The notes beneath the pieces are model-generated. The model searched no databases and was not told where the DNA came from. It saw nothing but the letters and a program-made list of their open reading frames with translations. DNA of 64,000 bases from an uncultured Verrucomicrobiae bacterium (lineage in GTDB: Bacteria; Verrucomicrobiota; Verrucomicrobiia; Chthoniobacterales; UBA10450), in contig CAWDGJ010000001.1 in assembly GCA_963801815.1 (NCBI GenBank), forward strand, positions 239,914-303,913, given 5' to 3'. The first letter of the stretch is position 1. Every line of letters begins with the position of its first letter. Positions 9,672-20,915 of the stretch are shown here, in pieces. The translations under genes and the position numbers were made by a program.

Positions 9672-10277
9672 ATGAGAAAGACGGAATATCCACCCGCGCT
9701 TCGCGATTTGGTCGCGCAGCTTCGACAAATGCCAGGAGTCGGTCCACGCTCGGCCGAACGGATCGCGCTTTGGATAGTGCAGGCGCGTGGCGATCAGCCG
9801 GAACAAATCGCGCGGGCAATTTCCGAGACGCGTAAAGGAATTCATCCCTGCAAACTTTGCGGTTACTTCACCACGAATGAACTTTGCGACATCTGTTCGG
9901 ATTCATCGCGCGCGGTCGAACTACTCTGCGTGGTCGAACAGCCGACCGACATTCTGCCGCTTGAAAAAACTGGTGCGTTCCGCGGTCGCTATCATTCGTT
10001 AGGCGGACGGATCTCTCCGCTCGACCATATCGGCCCGGAAGATTTACGGATCAAGGAACTGCTCGATCGAATCGAGACGGAGAAGTTCAGCGAGATTATT
10101 TTTGCTCTGGCGGCCGATGTCGAAGGGGAAGCGACCACAAATTATCTGGTCGATCTTTTGAAGAACAAAGGCATCGGCCTCACGCGAATCGCGCGCGGTC
10201 TTTCAGCCGGTGCCAGTTTGGAATCGGCCGACGAATTGACTCTGCAACAGGCGCTATCAGGACGGACAAAGCTGTAA
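9672..10277 (+). CDS. recR: Recombination mediator RecR
   Basis: MPGVGPRSAERIA HhH, C4 Zn finger (CKLC...CDIC), CVVE Toprim, YHSLGGRISPLD, EGEAT. Confidence 0.97.
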   Translation: MRKTEYPPALRDLVAQLRQMPGVGPRSAERIALWIVQARGDQPEQIARAISETRKGIHPCKLCGYFTTNELCDICSDSSRAVELLCVVEQPTDILPLEKTGAFRGRYHSLGGRISPLDHIGPEDLRIKELLDRIETEKFSEIIFALAADVEGEATTNYLVDLLKNKGIGLTRIARGLSAGASLESADELTLQQALSGRTKL

Positions 10278-10299
10278 TTGCAGATCTTTCGATCGCTGC

Positions 10300-12369
10300 T
10301 TAGGCCGTTTCCAGCCAGGCCCGCAATACTTCGGCGACGCTCCAGGCTTGCGCGATGCAACCGCCGGCGTTGTGCGGCTCTCGCGCGTCGAACACTTCGC
10401 TGATCGTTCCTATCCCGGCGTCGCTTAAATGTTCGGGAAACCCAGCCAGAAACTTGCGCGCAGCGGAACGATCGTGCGGATGTGTTTTTAACCACGCGTC
10501 GACAAAAGCACCAATCAGCCACGCCCAAACTGTCCCTTGGTGATAGGCGCCATCTCGTGATCGCAGATCGCCGCTGTAGATTGGTTTGTAAGCGGGATCG
10601 TCCGGCGAAAGAGTGCGCAATCCGACGGACGTGACCAATTTTTGCTCCGCCACGTCGACAACGGATTTCCAACGCTCTGGATTCAAGACCGGATGATCGA
10701 GCGAAATCGCAAAGAGCTGATTTGGTCGGCATGAAATATCGAACACACCCGGTTTTCCATCACAATCGACGACGTCGTAAAGATAACCGCCATTCGCGAA
10801 CCAGAACCGGTCGTTAAAGGACGCACGCGCCTTGTCCGCAAATTCCTGGTAACGCTTCGCAGAAGTTTCGTCGTCAGCTTGCCGCAACCAGTCCGCGAGC
10901 AAACAAAGCGCGTTGTACCAAAGCGCATTGATCTCAACTGCCTTGCCGCGACGCGGGGTAACGACCCAATCGCCCATCTTCGCATCCATCCACGTGAGTT
11001 GATAACCAGCCTCGCCTTGCGCCAGCAGACCGTCTTCGGGATCGACCTGAATATTGAAACGCGTTCCGCGGATATGATGTTCTGCAATGTCGATCAACTT
11101 TGGCAAAAGAAGGCTCAAAGTGTTGAGATCCTTTGTGAATTGAAGGTAGCGCCCGAGCGCATGGAAAAACCAGAGCGTTGCGTCCGCCGTGTGATAGACG
11201 CCTTCCCTGGCGCCATCCGGAAACATATTCGGAATCAGGCCGTCGCGAATGTAGCGGGCGAAGGTGCGTAAAATGTAACCAGCCTCCAGCCAGCGTCCCG
11301 TAAGGAGCGTCAAGCCTTCAAGGCTGATCATCGTGTCGCGTCCCCAATCTGTAAACCAATGGTAACCGGCGATGACGGTGCGCACTTCGTCACCCGCAGC
11401 ATGAGCGCGGGCCGCTTCTTCAAATCTTCCCGCGGGCGCAATTATGAATTGGTCGGCGGCAAAAACCAACTCGGCTGGAAAATGGCGGCGCGCTTTTGGC
11501 ACGGCGTCCTCCAACAATCGTTTGCGCCGCGTGTGCTCTGCGATCCGCAAATCTTCCGGGCCTAACACTTCGATGAGATCCCAACCCTCGGTCGAGCCGA
11601 CGAGCGTGACGGCGTCGGTTCGATGGAGATCAACACAAAAAAAGCCAGGACTCCACAGATCACCTTCGTAGGCATAGCCACGGCGCTGTTCGACTCGGTA
11701 AAGGACCTGGTGAAGTTTCTTTGTGGAGATTGTGAACGCCGACCCGGAATCACACACTTTCATCCTCAAGGCTGGCAAACCGCGATTGCGAGGGGCGGCA
11801 ATTTCGTAGCGGTTTCCGAGCGAAGTCAGTTTGTAAGGACCGGCCTTGCCGACGTCGACCGACGTTTCGTGATGACGAAAGTGAAACGCGGGACGCAATT
11901 CGAGCCGCGCCGGCGATTCGCCTGACAAGACGCGGTAGCTTACGTGCACGGTGTTTTGCAAATGAGGAACAATTATCCGTTTTTCCAAAACGATGTCGCG
12001 CACTTGAAACGTCCAGACGGGAAGTCCGTCTTCGAGTCGGAATTCGCGCAAAAAATCCGCACCGCGCAGATCGAGTTGGCCGCCGGCGCGTTCTTCGGCG
12101 CCTAACGACACAATATCCTTGTTTCCGAAGTGCAAGAACTCCGAGACGTGCGACCACATCACGACGCGGCCGTGCGGCGAGGGCAGGGCGGCGATCAGTA
12201 ACCCGTGATAGCGCCGCGTGATTGCGCCGGAGATGGTGCCGGACGCGTAACCGCCAAGTCCGTTCGTCACGATCCATTCGCGATTCAGCAAAACCTCGCG
12301 GGACATCTGCCGTCCATCCCACGGCATTACGCGGACAATCGGCCGATGGGTTTCAAATTCTTTATTCAT
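10300..12369 (-). CDS. Amylo-alpha-1,6-glucosidase (glycogen debranching enzyme family)
   Basis: EWIVTNGLGGYASGT, RRYHGLL, IAGYHWFTDWGRDTMI, TWMDA, YHQGTVWAW, QAWSVAE. Likely start is the ATG at 12369. Confidence 0.92.
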   Translation of the reverse strand: MNKEFETHRPIVRVMPWDGRQMSREVLLNREWIVTNGLGGYASGTISGAITRRYHGLLIAALPSPHGRVVMWSHVSEFLHFGNKDIVSLGAEERAGGQLDLRGADFLREFRLEDGLPVWTFQVRDIVLEKRIIVPHLQNTVHVSYRVLSGESPARLELRPAFHFRHHETSVDVGKAGPYKLTSLGNRYEIAAPRNRGLPALRMKVCDSGSAFTISTKKLHQVLYRVEQRRGYAYEGDLWSPGFFCVDLHRTDAVTLVGSTEGWDLIEVLGPEDLRIAEHTRRKRLLEDAVPKARRHFPAELVFAADQFIIAPAGRFEEAARAHAAGDEVRTVIAGYHWFTDWGRDTMISLEGLTLLTGRWLEAGYILRTFARYIRDGLIPNMFPDGAREGVYHTADATLWFFHALGRYLQFTKDLNTLSLLLPKLIDIAEHHIRGTRFNIQVDPEDGLLAQGEAGYQLTWMDAKMGDWVVTPRRGKAVEINALWYNALCLLADWLRQADDETSAKRYQEFADKARASFNDRFWFANGGYLYDVVDCDGKPGVFDISCRPNQLFAISLDHPVLNPERWKSVVDVAEQKLVTSVGLRTLSPDDPAYKPIYSGDLRSRDGAYHQGTVWAWLIGAFVDAWLKTHPHDRSAARKFLAGFPEHLSDAGIGTISEVFDAREPHNAGGCIAQAWSVAEVLRAWLETA

Positions 12370-12385
12370 TCGACTGCAAATCGGA

Positions 12386-14380
12386 TCAGCCCCATTTTCG
12401 CCACTTGGGCTGCTTCCTCGGCTCTTTCTCCGGCACCAATCGGAGGGCCACAGTCGCTTCTGCCGGCAATGTCCAGTTGTCCTGAGTTGCCACGGCCGCG
12501 GTTCCCGATCCGCCGTAGCGCGCGGATTCGCTCGACCAGAGAATTTCCCATTCCAACCCAAGGGGCGGTGCGAGCAAGGGCTCGGGAATTGGATTCAGGT
12601 TGCGATGTTCGCCAAAGTTAACCACCAGAAGCCGATCATCTTTCCTGTTGTCACTGAAATAACGAAGGACAAAGCTGGTCGTTCCAAGAACGGCGCCGTC
12701 GACGCCATTTGGTATTTGTTCGCGAAACCGCGAATCCTCGCGGCGCAATCGCAGGAGATCGATGTGCAGATCGTAGAGTTCTTTATTTTTCTGACGCTCG
12801 GAAAAATCGAGTTTGCAACTGACGAATGAGATTGGGTCGGAAGGGATTGGCAGACGTTCCCGCACTTCTTTGGTGGCCAAAGAGGGAAATTGCGACAGAA
12901 AAGCGAAACGTCCTTTGCGAATCGCTTCACGCATCGGGCCATCCCCGACATCAGTGAAAAACACGAATGGCGTCGAAGCGCCAAATTCCTCGCCTTGGAA
13001 GAGCAACGGCGTCCATGGACCGAGCAGAAGTAGTGCGGTCATCGCGCGGTAGCGGCCGGGTGAGCTTTGAAACCGGAGCCGTTGCCCCGTCGCAGTGTTT
13101 GAAACTTGATCATGGTTCTCAATGAAGGCGACAAATGCGTGCGGGGGAGAACCGAAGGTTGGGGTGCCGCGCGGGGCATCCTGCCAAAAATAAGGTTGTC
13201 CTTGAAACAAATAGCCGTACTTGGCCGCGGAAATAAATTCCTGCGGGGTGCCAAGATAGTCGGTGTAGTAGGCTTCACGTCTCCCGGTCAGCGCGACGGC
13301 GGCGCTATGATGGCAATCGTCATTCCAGACCGCATCGAGATCGTCACCGCCTTCGCTGCGCGGCAGTATGAGTTTGATGACTTGCCTCTCGTTTTCCGCA
13401 ATCAAAATAATCGATCGCGGCGAGGCGGCTTCGCGCGCGGCGCGGCCTACCGCGCCGACGATGTATTCGTCCGACTTATCGTGAATCGCGTCGGTGGCGT
13501 CGAAGCGAAAGCCATCGAAATGGAATTCGTCAATCCAGTAGCGGCCGTTGGTGATGTAAAATTCCCGGACCGGTGCCGAGTTAGGTCCATCGAAGTTAAT
13601 TGAATCGCCCCAGTCGGTCTCCTTTTCGCGAATCAGATAATCATTCGAGAAAATGGCAAGATAATTTCCGTCCGGGCCGAAGTGGTTATAAACCACATCG
13701 AGAATCACGGCCACGCCTAACGAATGTGCTTTATCGATAAATCGTCGCAAATCGTCCGGTTTTCCGTAATGATGGAACGGCGCGAACAGGTCCACGCCGT
13801 CGTAACCCCAGCCGAAATTCCCGGGAAAGTCGGCAATCGGCATCATTTCGATCACCGTGATTCCGATTCGTGCAAGCTCGGGTAATTGTTCCGCCGCGGC
13901 CAGCCACGTTCCTTGTTTGGTAAACGTACCAATGTGCAATTCGTAGACGATCTGGCCTTTCATTTTCACGCCCCGCCACTTCGAATCTGTCCAATTAAAC
14001 TGCCTGGGATCGACAATGCAGGATGATCCATGCGGCCCATGCGGTTGATATCGAGACGCCGGGTCGGGATGAAAATGCTCAGCTTTGTTTACGCGAAAAC
14101 GATAGAGCGCGCCGGCACCGACATTAGCGACTCCCGAAAAGTATCCGCCGTCTTCCCGGTCGAGCGACTGAAACGTCCGCTTCGCATTCTGATCTGCGCT
14201 TTCTTCCAGGACAAGATCGAGATCCTGCGCTTTCGGCGCCCAGAGACGGAAGTGCGTTTCGTTGGCGTCGATCAGTTCCGCGCCAATTGGATAGCGACGT
14301 TTTGGTTTCACTTTTGTATTTCGCGTTTCAACACGTTGGCGGCTCTGCCTGCGGCTGGTTTCCGTTCGCGTCCGGTTCAA
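12386..14380 (-). CDS. treZ: Malto-oligosyltrehalose trehalohydrolase (GH13)
   Basis: FRLWAP, PDPASRYQP, YELHIGTFT, WGYDGV, DVVYNHFGPDGNYL, GFRFDAT, ENHDQ, LLFQGEEF. Start may be the GTG at 14311. Confidence 0.9.
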   Translation of the reverse strand: MNRTRTETSRRQSRQRVETRNTKVKPKRRYPIGAELIDANETHFRLWAPKAQDLDLVLEESADQNAKRTFQSLDREDGGYFSGVANVGAGALYRFRVNKAEHFHPDPASRYQPHGPHGSSCIVDPRQFNWTDSKWRGVKMKGQIVYELHIGTFTKQGTWLAAAEQLPELARIGITVIEMMPIADFPGNFGWGYDGVDLFAPFHHYGKPDDLRRFIDKAHSLGVAVILDVVYNHFGPDGNYLAIFSNDYLIREKETDWGDSINFDGPNSAPVREFYITNGRYWIDEFHFDGFRFDATDAIHDKSDEYIVGAVGRAAREAASPRSIILIAENERQVIKLILPRSEGGDDLDAVWNDDCHHSAAVALTGRREAYYTDYLGTPQEFISAAKYGYLFQGQPYFWQDAPRGTPTFGSPPHAFVAFIENHDQVSNTATGQRLRFQSSPGRYRAMTALLLLGPWTPLLFQGEEFGASTPFVFFTDVGDGPMREAIRKGRFAFLSQFPSLATKEVRERLPIPSDPISFVSCKLDFSERQKNKELYDLHIDLLRLRREDSRFREQIPNGVDGAVLGTTSFVLRYFSDNRKDDRLLVVNFGEHRNLNPIPEPLLAPPLGLEWEILWSSESARYGGSGTAAVATQDNWTLPAEATVALRLVPEKEPRKQPKWRKWG

Positions 14381-14478
14381 TGCAACACGCGAGCTCTCGT
14401 AAAATCAACACCTTGCCACCACGCACTTTTGTTACGAGAGAGCTTGATTGTCGCAGATCAAGCGATTCAAATCGCGCC

Positions 14479-15420
14479 GTGAGCGGCGGTGAACCCACGA
14501 TCGAGATCTTCAAGCCATTCAGCGAAGCGTTCGAGCTGATGAAGAAAATCCTGTTTCAGCCCTTCGATTTGAAGAAATGGTTCGTCATTGGTTTCGCGGC
14601 GTGGCTTTCGAATCTTGGCAGCAGCAGCAATTACAATTTTAATTATCGCGACCGCGATTGGAACGATTTTCCCGTTGTGCAAGACCTGCGCGACGCGATC
14701 CATCAAATTCCACATCCGCTTTTGATCTTCATCTTGATCGTATTCCTTGTTTTGATCTTTGCCATCATCATCGTCTTCGCCTGGCTGCGAGCACGCGGGC
14801 GATTTATGTTTGTCGATTGCATCGTGAAGAATCGTGGTACGATCGCGGAACCGTGGCGCGAATTTCGCAAAGAAGGGAATAGTTATTTTCTTTTCGCGTT
14901 GGTGGTGGGCTTGATAATCGGAATCGTTCTCACGCTGACGGCGCTACCGTTCCTGGTGCCGGTCATCCGTAGCGGATTACGTCCGCATTGGCGCGATGTC
15001 TACCTACTCTGCACGATCGTACTCTGGGCCGCGTTCCTTGTGCTGCTGATTTTCGTTTGGACGCTGATCTCCCATTTCATGGTCGCAGTGATGTACCGCC
15101 GGCGTTGCAGGGCGAGCGAGGCGTTCCGGGCCGCAATCTCGTTGGTCGCAAATTATCCCGGTGAAATCACGCTCTATTGTTTGTTTTGGATCGCACTGGC
15201 TATCGCGGCGGGAATGGCCTCTTGCGTCGTGATTCTCGCGACCTGTTGCATCGCACTCATCCCTTACATCGGCACCGTGATACTCTTGCCGGTCTTCGTT
15301 TGTTTGCGCGCGTTCGGACTTCGTTTTATCCGGCAATTCGGACCCGACTACGATGTTTGGGCTTCGGGTGTTGAGCCGCCGCCGGCTGCTTTGCCAACGC
15401 CGCCGCCCTTGCCCAGCTAG
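14479..15420 (+). CDS. Conserved integral membrane protein
   Basis: Several long hydrophobic segments and a Pro-rich tail. Likely GTG start at 14479. Confidence 0.7.
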   Translation: MSGGEPTIEIFKPFSEAFELMKKILFQPFDLKKWFVIGFAAWLSNLGSSSNYNFNYRDRDWNDFPVVQDLRDAIHQIPHPLLIFILIVFLVLIFAIIIVFAWLRARGRFMFVDCIVKNRGTIAEPWREFRKEGNSYFLFALVVGLIIGIVLTLTALPFLVPVIRSGLRPHWRDVYLLCTIVLWAAFLVLLIFVWTLISHFMVAVMYRRRCRASEAFRAAISLVANYPGEITLYCLFWIALAIAAGMASCVVILATCCIALIPYIGTVILLPVFVCLRAFGLRFIRQFGPDYDVWASGVEPPPAALPTPPPLPS

Positions 15421-15424
15421 TCAG

Positions 15425-17829
15425 TCACAATTCGGTCGCTGCCCAGAATTTTCGAAAGGCGCTCGGCCAGGTGCGATTGATCACGCCGTCCCGCGCGTGA
15501 CTGCCCATCCGCTTGCGGCGCTCTGAATCAACCACCAATTCGCGAATCGCGCGGGTCAGATCTTTCGCGTCATGAGATTTTGTGATCAAACCGTTCTGAT
15601 TGTTTTCGACGAGCTCTTTTGGTCCGCCGGCATCCGAGACGACGACCGGAACCCCCGATGCCTGCGCTTCAATAATGACGTTACCGAACGTGTCGGTCGT
15701 ACTCGGGAAAACGAAGATGTCGGCTGAGGCGTAGGCGGCGGCGAGATCTTTCCCGGTAAGATAACCCGTAAAGAACGCTTCCGGCAGCGCTTCGTGCAGC
15801 GCTTCCGAGTAAGGGCCATGGCCAACGACAAAAAGTTGAACCGACAATCCCTCGTCACGCAGTTTCCGGTATGCCTCGACCAAGAGATCGAGATCCTTTT
15901 CGCGCGAAACGCGGCCGACGTAGAGCAAGCGCACTTGTCCGTTCTTGGCCCCGAATCTCTCAAAGAACGCCGGATCGCGTCGAGTGGGATGAAACAACTC
16001 GGTGTCGAGCCCGCGCGGGAGAATTTTCAATTTCTCCGGATCGAATCCGCGCTTGATCCAGCTCTGACGATATTCCTCTGAATTCACGAAGACCGTGTCC
16101 AGCTGGCCGTAAAACCAATGCATGTAACGCCAGGTCACGCTCTCGAGAAAACTGTCCTCGGTCAGTATGCGGACGTATTGCGGAAAATCGGTGTGATAGA
16201 TACCGCTCGTTTGAAGATTGAGCATCTTCGCCGCAAGTAACGCGGTCAGCCCGATCGGTCCCGGCGTGCTGATGATCACTTCGGTGAATTTTTCGCGCTG
16301 AATGTAATCGAGCATTTGCAAAATCGGCGGGAAGCTCAACCTCTGCAGTTCGTACTCCGGCAGCTCGAATTCGCCGATCGGCTTGAAATTCTTGATCGGG
16401 ATGTCGTCGACCGTGAGCTCGGTGCGCGATGTGACGACGATCAGCTCCTTGCCCGCGCTCGCGCCGGCGGCAGTCATTTTTCGAATGGTCGTGGCAACGC
16501 CATTGACGTCCTCGAGTGTGTCGGTGAACCAGGCGCGCTTTGTGTTTTGCAACGCTGCCGGAATCTCGCCGGTCAACTCTCGAAAGATGCCGCGCAACCA
16601 TTTCCGCGACGGCGCCTGGCTGTGAAATCCATAAATGTAGGGCGCCAGCACGATGAGGATCGGTGCGATCGCGGTTAATGCCTGCATGCTTTCCAGCATA
16701 TTCCCGGCGCTGATTTGTTGGACGAACTTTTGGAAAAATCGAAACGCGAGTTGCTCGGCCACCATGTTTGCCATGACGAAGGTGCGTCGCTCCGGCTCCG
16801 CGATGGATTCCAGTTCTGCCGCCATTTTCGCCTTTACTTCCGGTCGCGAGAAGTAACCGGAGAGCTCTTTCCAGAGCGACATGTTGGCGGGCTTGGCCAG
16901 TTCGAAAATTTTTCCCGACATCACGCCCTGCGCGACAAAACTTACTTTCTCGGAAAGCGTGAACTCGGTCGGATCGCGTCCTTCCATAAAGCGCGAAAAC
17001 ATTTGCTCCACCAACGCCGCACTCGGTCCAAGTTTTTCGTGAAACCGGTCCTGAACGAAACAGCCGACGGTGTTGTAGAATCCATGGGAAAGGGCGAGGG
17101 GAGTTCCGCCGTGACCATGCGCCTCGCAGCTTCCGGCACGAACTTGCTCCAGGAATTTTTCGCTCGAATCTGCGCGGGGCGTTTCGGTATAGGCCGACGC
17201 AATAAACTGGCCACCGTGATCGTCCGAGCCGCCGACCAGGATTTTTTTCCAGGGCTCGCGATGAGTCGGCTCGAGATTGTGGCGTTCGGCGAACTCTTCA
17301 ATCTTCTTCGGCGTTAACGAAGCAAAAAGTTGCTGGGCGAGTTCGCTCAGAAGTGCATCACGCAAACCGTTGATGCCTTCGAAATGCTTGAACAGCAGAA
17401 TGAGGCGCTCGAGATGCGACGCCCCGAGCTTGCCGTTGATGCTGTAGAGCGGGTGCGCGACCGCGTGGGCGATCTTTCCACTCTGCAGAATAGCGCTGCA
17501 GAGAAAAAATGTTGTCACGCACGATGACGATCTCCGCGTGCTGTTTCTCCGTGATTCCCCAGACTAAAAGGTGAATCTTGCAGGGATCTTGCGGAAAATA
17601 AGTCGTGACCTGCTCGCTGATGAATGTGTTCGGCAGATCGCGAATCTGCGAGACAGCCGTCGATCGTGTCGTGGTCGGTGATGGTGACGAAATCCATTCC
17701 GCGCTCGAGAAGTTTCCGATGCAGCTCGCGCGGATCGGAGTAGCTGTCTGGAAAATCGAACCGGCGAAATAGCCATTCCTCGGACCGCGCGCTGAAGCGG
17801 GAGTGAATGTGAAGGTCACACTTGCTCAT
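15425..17829 (-). CDS. PHP-domain / GT4 glycosyltransferase fusion, split by two frameshifts (about 17650 and 17490)
   Basis: Consecutive pieces in three frames: MSKCDLHIHS...ITDHDTIDG (PHP), ISEQVTTYFP...HLLVWG, and AHPLYS...GGSDDHG...YVGRVSREK...FPSTTDTFGNVIIEAQASG (GT4). Confidence 0.85.
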
Positions 17830-17833
17830 AACG

Positions 17834-18643
17834 TTACAGCGCGCGTTTCAGCCGCTGGTCCGCGATCCAGTCCTGATAGGTCGTCGTCGTTCGAACATTT
17901 CCCGCTGCCTGGGCAAGATCTCCAATCTGTCGCCAGATTGCCGAGTGCGAATAATCCGGCGGATGTATACTTAACCGCATCAGGGGTTTATTTTTTAGCG
18001 TGCGGCTCAGGGTAGCGTTCCAAGCCAGGCTGGTCGCACGTCTCCAACTGCTTCGAACGCTGTAAACGAGCGAACGCGCGGGAAAAGTGTCGCCCGAACG
18101 CAAGTCGCGCACATTTTGAAGACGAGTCGTGTATTCCATTTCCGCATCCCGGGCCGCGCGCTCGCCTTCGCCGCTCAACAGCCAGGCCGGCGCAACGAAT
18201 CCGCGTGGATTTAATCCGGCAGCGCTGAATTCGTCGCGCGCGCTTTTGATTCGCCGTAGCGCCTCGTCGTAGCCGAGGTCGTAAAACTCGCCTTCGTCCT
18301 GGGTGTAGAATCGGGTTACGAATTTATCGATAACGCTCTCGTGTGTTTGTCGGGGTCGTTGATGAAAATATCCGTGGATAACGATTTCGTGTCCCGACGA
18401 TTCGAGGTCGCGAAGCCAGGCAACGAATTGTCGATCCCGTATGGAGACGCCTTGATGGTGATAATTCGGCACAACGAGCAACGAGCACGTTCGGACACCG
18501 CGCTTCGCTAGGTCTGCGAGCATCCTGTCTATCGCCGGTTGGGTCGACGGCGCAACGTCATGAATGGAAACGACGAGGAAATCCCTGGTCGCACTCGCCG
18601 TCGCAACGACCGGCAGAAACTGCGTGGCCACAGCCGATGTCAT
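17834..18643 (-). CDS. Polysaccharide deacetylase-like protein (DUF2334 type)
   Basis: VSIHDVAP, LLVVPNYH, IHGYFH, GFVAPAW, RLSIHPPD. Confidence 0.8.
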   Translation of the reverse strand: MTSAVATQFLPVVATASATRDFLVVSIHDVAPSTQPAIDRMLADLAKRGVRTCSLLVVPNYHHQGVSIRDRQFVAWLRDLESSGHEIVIHGYFHQRPRQTHESVIDKFVTRFYTQDEGEFYDLGYDEALRRIKSARDEFSAAGLNPRGFVAPAWLLSGEGERAARDAEMEYTTRLQNVRDLRSGDTFPARSLVYSVRSSWRRATSLAWNATLSRTLKNKPLMRLSIHPPDYSHSAIWRQIGDLAQAAGNVRTTTTYQDWIADQRLKRAL

Positions 18644-18687
18644 TTTGCCAAATTTTCGACCCCGCTGGTTATGCGAACAAGTGGAAA

Positions 18688-19097
18688 TTACTTGGCCGCC
18701 ATTTGGACGATCAGGTCGAATTCCTTTGCCCTAGCGGCATCACCGACAAACGCGATTGTCGAACGAGCGCGATGTTCTTGAGCTGCGGCTTCGCTTTGAT
18801 TTCTGCAAGCGTGACTGGCCGCGACAGGCGTTTAACCGGGGCGAGATCGACCGCGCTCCAGTCGCCTTCCTTGGCGGTCGTGTCGCGGTAGGCGGTGCGC
18901 GTTACCTTTGCGATGCCGACAACGGCTTTCTCTTCGCCGCTGTGGTAGAAAAGCGCGTGATCGCCTTTAGACATGCGGCGGAGGTTGTTTCGCGCGGCAA
19001 AATTTCGCACCCCTGTCCAGCTAGTGCCGCCGTCCGCGACAAAGTCCGACCATGAATAATCGGATGGTTCCTGTTTCACGAGCCAGAATGATTTCAT
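18688..19097 (-). CDS. EVE domain protein (probable 1-nt frameshift near the C-terminus)
   Basis: WLVKQEP, WTGVRNFAARNNLRRM, FYHS, RQSRLSVMP. The tail EFDLIVQMAAK* follows in an adjacent frame ending at 18688. Confidence 0.85.
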
Positions 19098-19226
19098 AAA
19101 TCCCAATCACCAATAGCCAAATCCAAGGGTAGCTCCAATACTCAAACTCCACCCGTGGGTCCGCGCGAGCTTGCAGATTGAGATTCGGGATTTCCCTGGA
19201 GTTTGGGCTTTGGGATTTGGGGCTTG
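19098..19226. repeat. Heptamer-based inverted-repeat element
   Basis: Left end AAATCCC/AATCACC/AATAGCC units; right end GTTTGGG/CTTTGGG/ATTTGGG units. AAATCCCAA (19098-19106) pairs with TTGGGATTT (19210-19218). A related copy lies at about 49778-49901. Confidence 0.6.
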
Positions 19227-19257
19227 AAAAAGTCGATGGGTGCGACCAACTGAGATC

Positions 19258-19929
19258 ATGACCCGGCTGCCGTTTATCACGTTTGAAGGCTCGGAAGGTT
19301 GCGGAAAATCGACCCAAGTCCGGCGGTTGACGGAGCGTCTCCAAAAGGCCGGCGTTCCAGTTTTGGTAACGCGCGAACCGGGTGGAACGCCGATTGGCGA
19401 ATCGATCCGTGAGCTCTTACAATTCGCACCCCAAAGTGCGGCGATGACGCCGGAGACGGAACTGCTGCTGTTCGAGGCGAGCCGCGCGCAACTCGTCCGC
19501 GAAGTGATCAAGCCGGCGCTAAAAAACGGGCAATGCGTTATCGCAGACAGATTCTACGATTCGACAACGGTGTATCAAGGCGTCGCGCGCAAGCTTGATA
19601 AGGAAATCGTTCGACAACTGAACGCATTCGCAGTTGGCGATTGCATTCCGGACGTCACTCTCTTCCTCGATGTTAATTTTCAGATAGCGCGCGCTCGGAT
19701 GAAAGGCCCGCGGCGGCCCGACCGCATGGAGATGCAACCGGACAAATTTTATGAGGACGTGATCGATGCGTATCTAGATCTCGCGAAACGCGAATCGAGA
19801 CGCGTTGTTTTGATCGACGGATCGAAACCTGTGGACGCAATCGAAGCGGAAATCTGGGGAACACTTTCCAAGCGATTCCCGCAGCTTGCCGTGAAATCCG
19901 AAATCGAGAATCCGAAATCGGAAATGTAA
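19258..19929 (+). CDS. tmk: Thymidylate kinase
   Basis: FITFEGSEGCGKSTQ, TREPGGT, LFEASRAQ, DRFYDSTTVYQG. Confidence 0.96.
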   Translation: MTRLPFITFEGSEGCGKSTQVRRLTERLQKAGVPVLVTREPGGTPIGESIRELLQFAPQSAAMTPETELLLFEASRAQLVREVIKPALKNGQCVIADRFYDSTTVYQGVARKLDKEIVRQLNAFAVGDCIPDVTLFLDVNFQIARARMKGPRRPDRMEMQPDKFYEDVIDAYLDLAKRESRRVVLIDGSKPVDAIEAEIWGTLSKRFPQLAVKSEIENPKSEM

Positions 19930-19931
19930 CC

Positions 19932-20903
19932 ATGGCGTTTACCCGTAAGGCAGCAATCGGATTTTTGCGGCGCGCACACGAAAACAATCGACTCGCACAC
20001 GCCTATTTGATTTCCGGACCGGTTGGGAGCGGTAAAAGGGAAGTGGCTGCTGAACTCGCCAACGCCGTGAACGGAACCAATGTCGCTGAAGTATTTTCGT
20101 CGAAGGCGCGGGAGATTTTTGTGGCCGAGCCGGAATCCAAGTCGCGAAGAATTTTGATCGAGCAAATTCGTGAACTCGAGCATGGCCTTCAAATGCGTGG
20201 CGGTGAAGGACGCCAAAAGGTAGCGATCATCGCCGAGGCCGACCGTTTGCAACCGCAGGCCGCCAACGCGTTTTTGAAAACGCTAGAAGAACCGCCGGGC
20301 AATTCGCTGCTGCTACTGTTGAGTGCGCTGCCGGAAGCTCTGCCGGACACGATCGTATCACGCTGCATCTCGATTCCACTGGCGGCGAATGGCCAGGAAC
20401 CCGAATTGGCGGAACGCACAGAGCTGGTGGAACTGCTTCGCACCATGGCCCGCGAAAAGACTTGGGGAGTCCAGCAGGCATATCGTTTGACGCAGGGAAT
20501 GCAGGCGTTGCTCGGAGGAATTAAGGAGAAGATTAAAGCCGAAAATGACGAGGCGTTGAAGAGCGAGGAAACTCGCTATCGCAATTCCACCGATGGCGCA
20601 TGGCTGGAAGACCGCGAAGCATATTATAAGGCGGTGACCGAAAGTCTCTACATCCAGCGGCGCGCGGTTCTAATCGAAGTCTTGTTGGAATTTTGGTCGG
20701 ACATTCTTCGTGCGTGCACAAAGGTCGGCCGGTGCGACTTGCTGCCGGCAAAAAAGGAGACAGCCGGTTTGGCCGAACGTTTTTCCGTGCCCGAAGTCTT
20801 GCGCCGAATCCAGCGTTTGGAAGAATTGCGCGACAATCTGGGTCGCAACATCCAGGAAGCCCTTGCCTTCGAAGTCGCGTTTCTCGAAGTCTTTGGCGCC
20901 TGA
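19932..20903 (+). CDS. holB: DNA polymerase III delta' subunit
   Basis: HAYLISGPVGSGK, AANAFLKTLEEPP, TIVSRC; canonical tmk-holB order. Confidence 0.9.
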   Translation: MAFTRKAAIGFLRRAHENNRLAHAYLISGPVGSGKREVAAELANAVNGTNVAEVFSSKAREIFVAEPESKSRRILIEQIRELEHGLQMRGGEGRQKVAIIAEADRLQPQAANAFLKTLEEPPGNSLLLLLSALPEALPDTIVSRCISIPLAANGQEPELAERTELVELLRTMAREKTWGVQQAYRLTQGMQALLGGIKEKIKAENDEALKSEETRYRNSTDGAWLEDREAYYKAVTESLYIQRRAVLIEVLLEFWSDILRACTKVGRCDLLPAKKETAGLAERFSVPEVLRRIQRLEELRDNLGRNIQEALAFEVAFLEVFGA

Positions 20904-20915
20904 TCAACGGTCATT

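Noticed and set aside
12370..12561. Long N-terminal extensions in the ORF track (also 14287, 23979, 31802, 44228, 58688)
   Set aside because: They overlap neighbours or repeats and lack family similarity; downstream starts fit the families.
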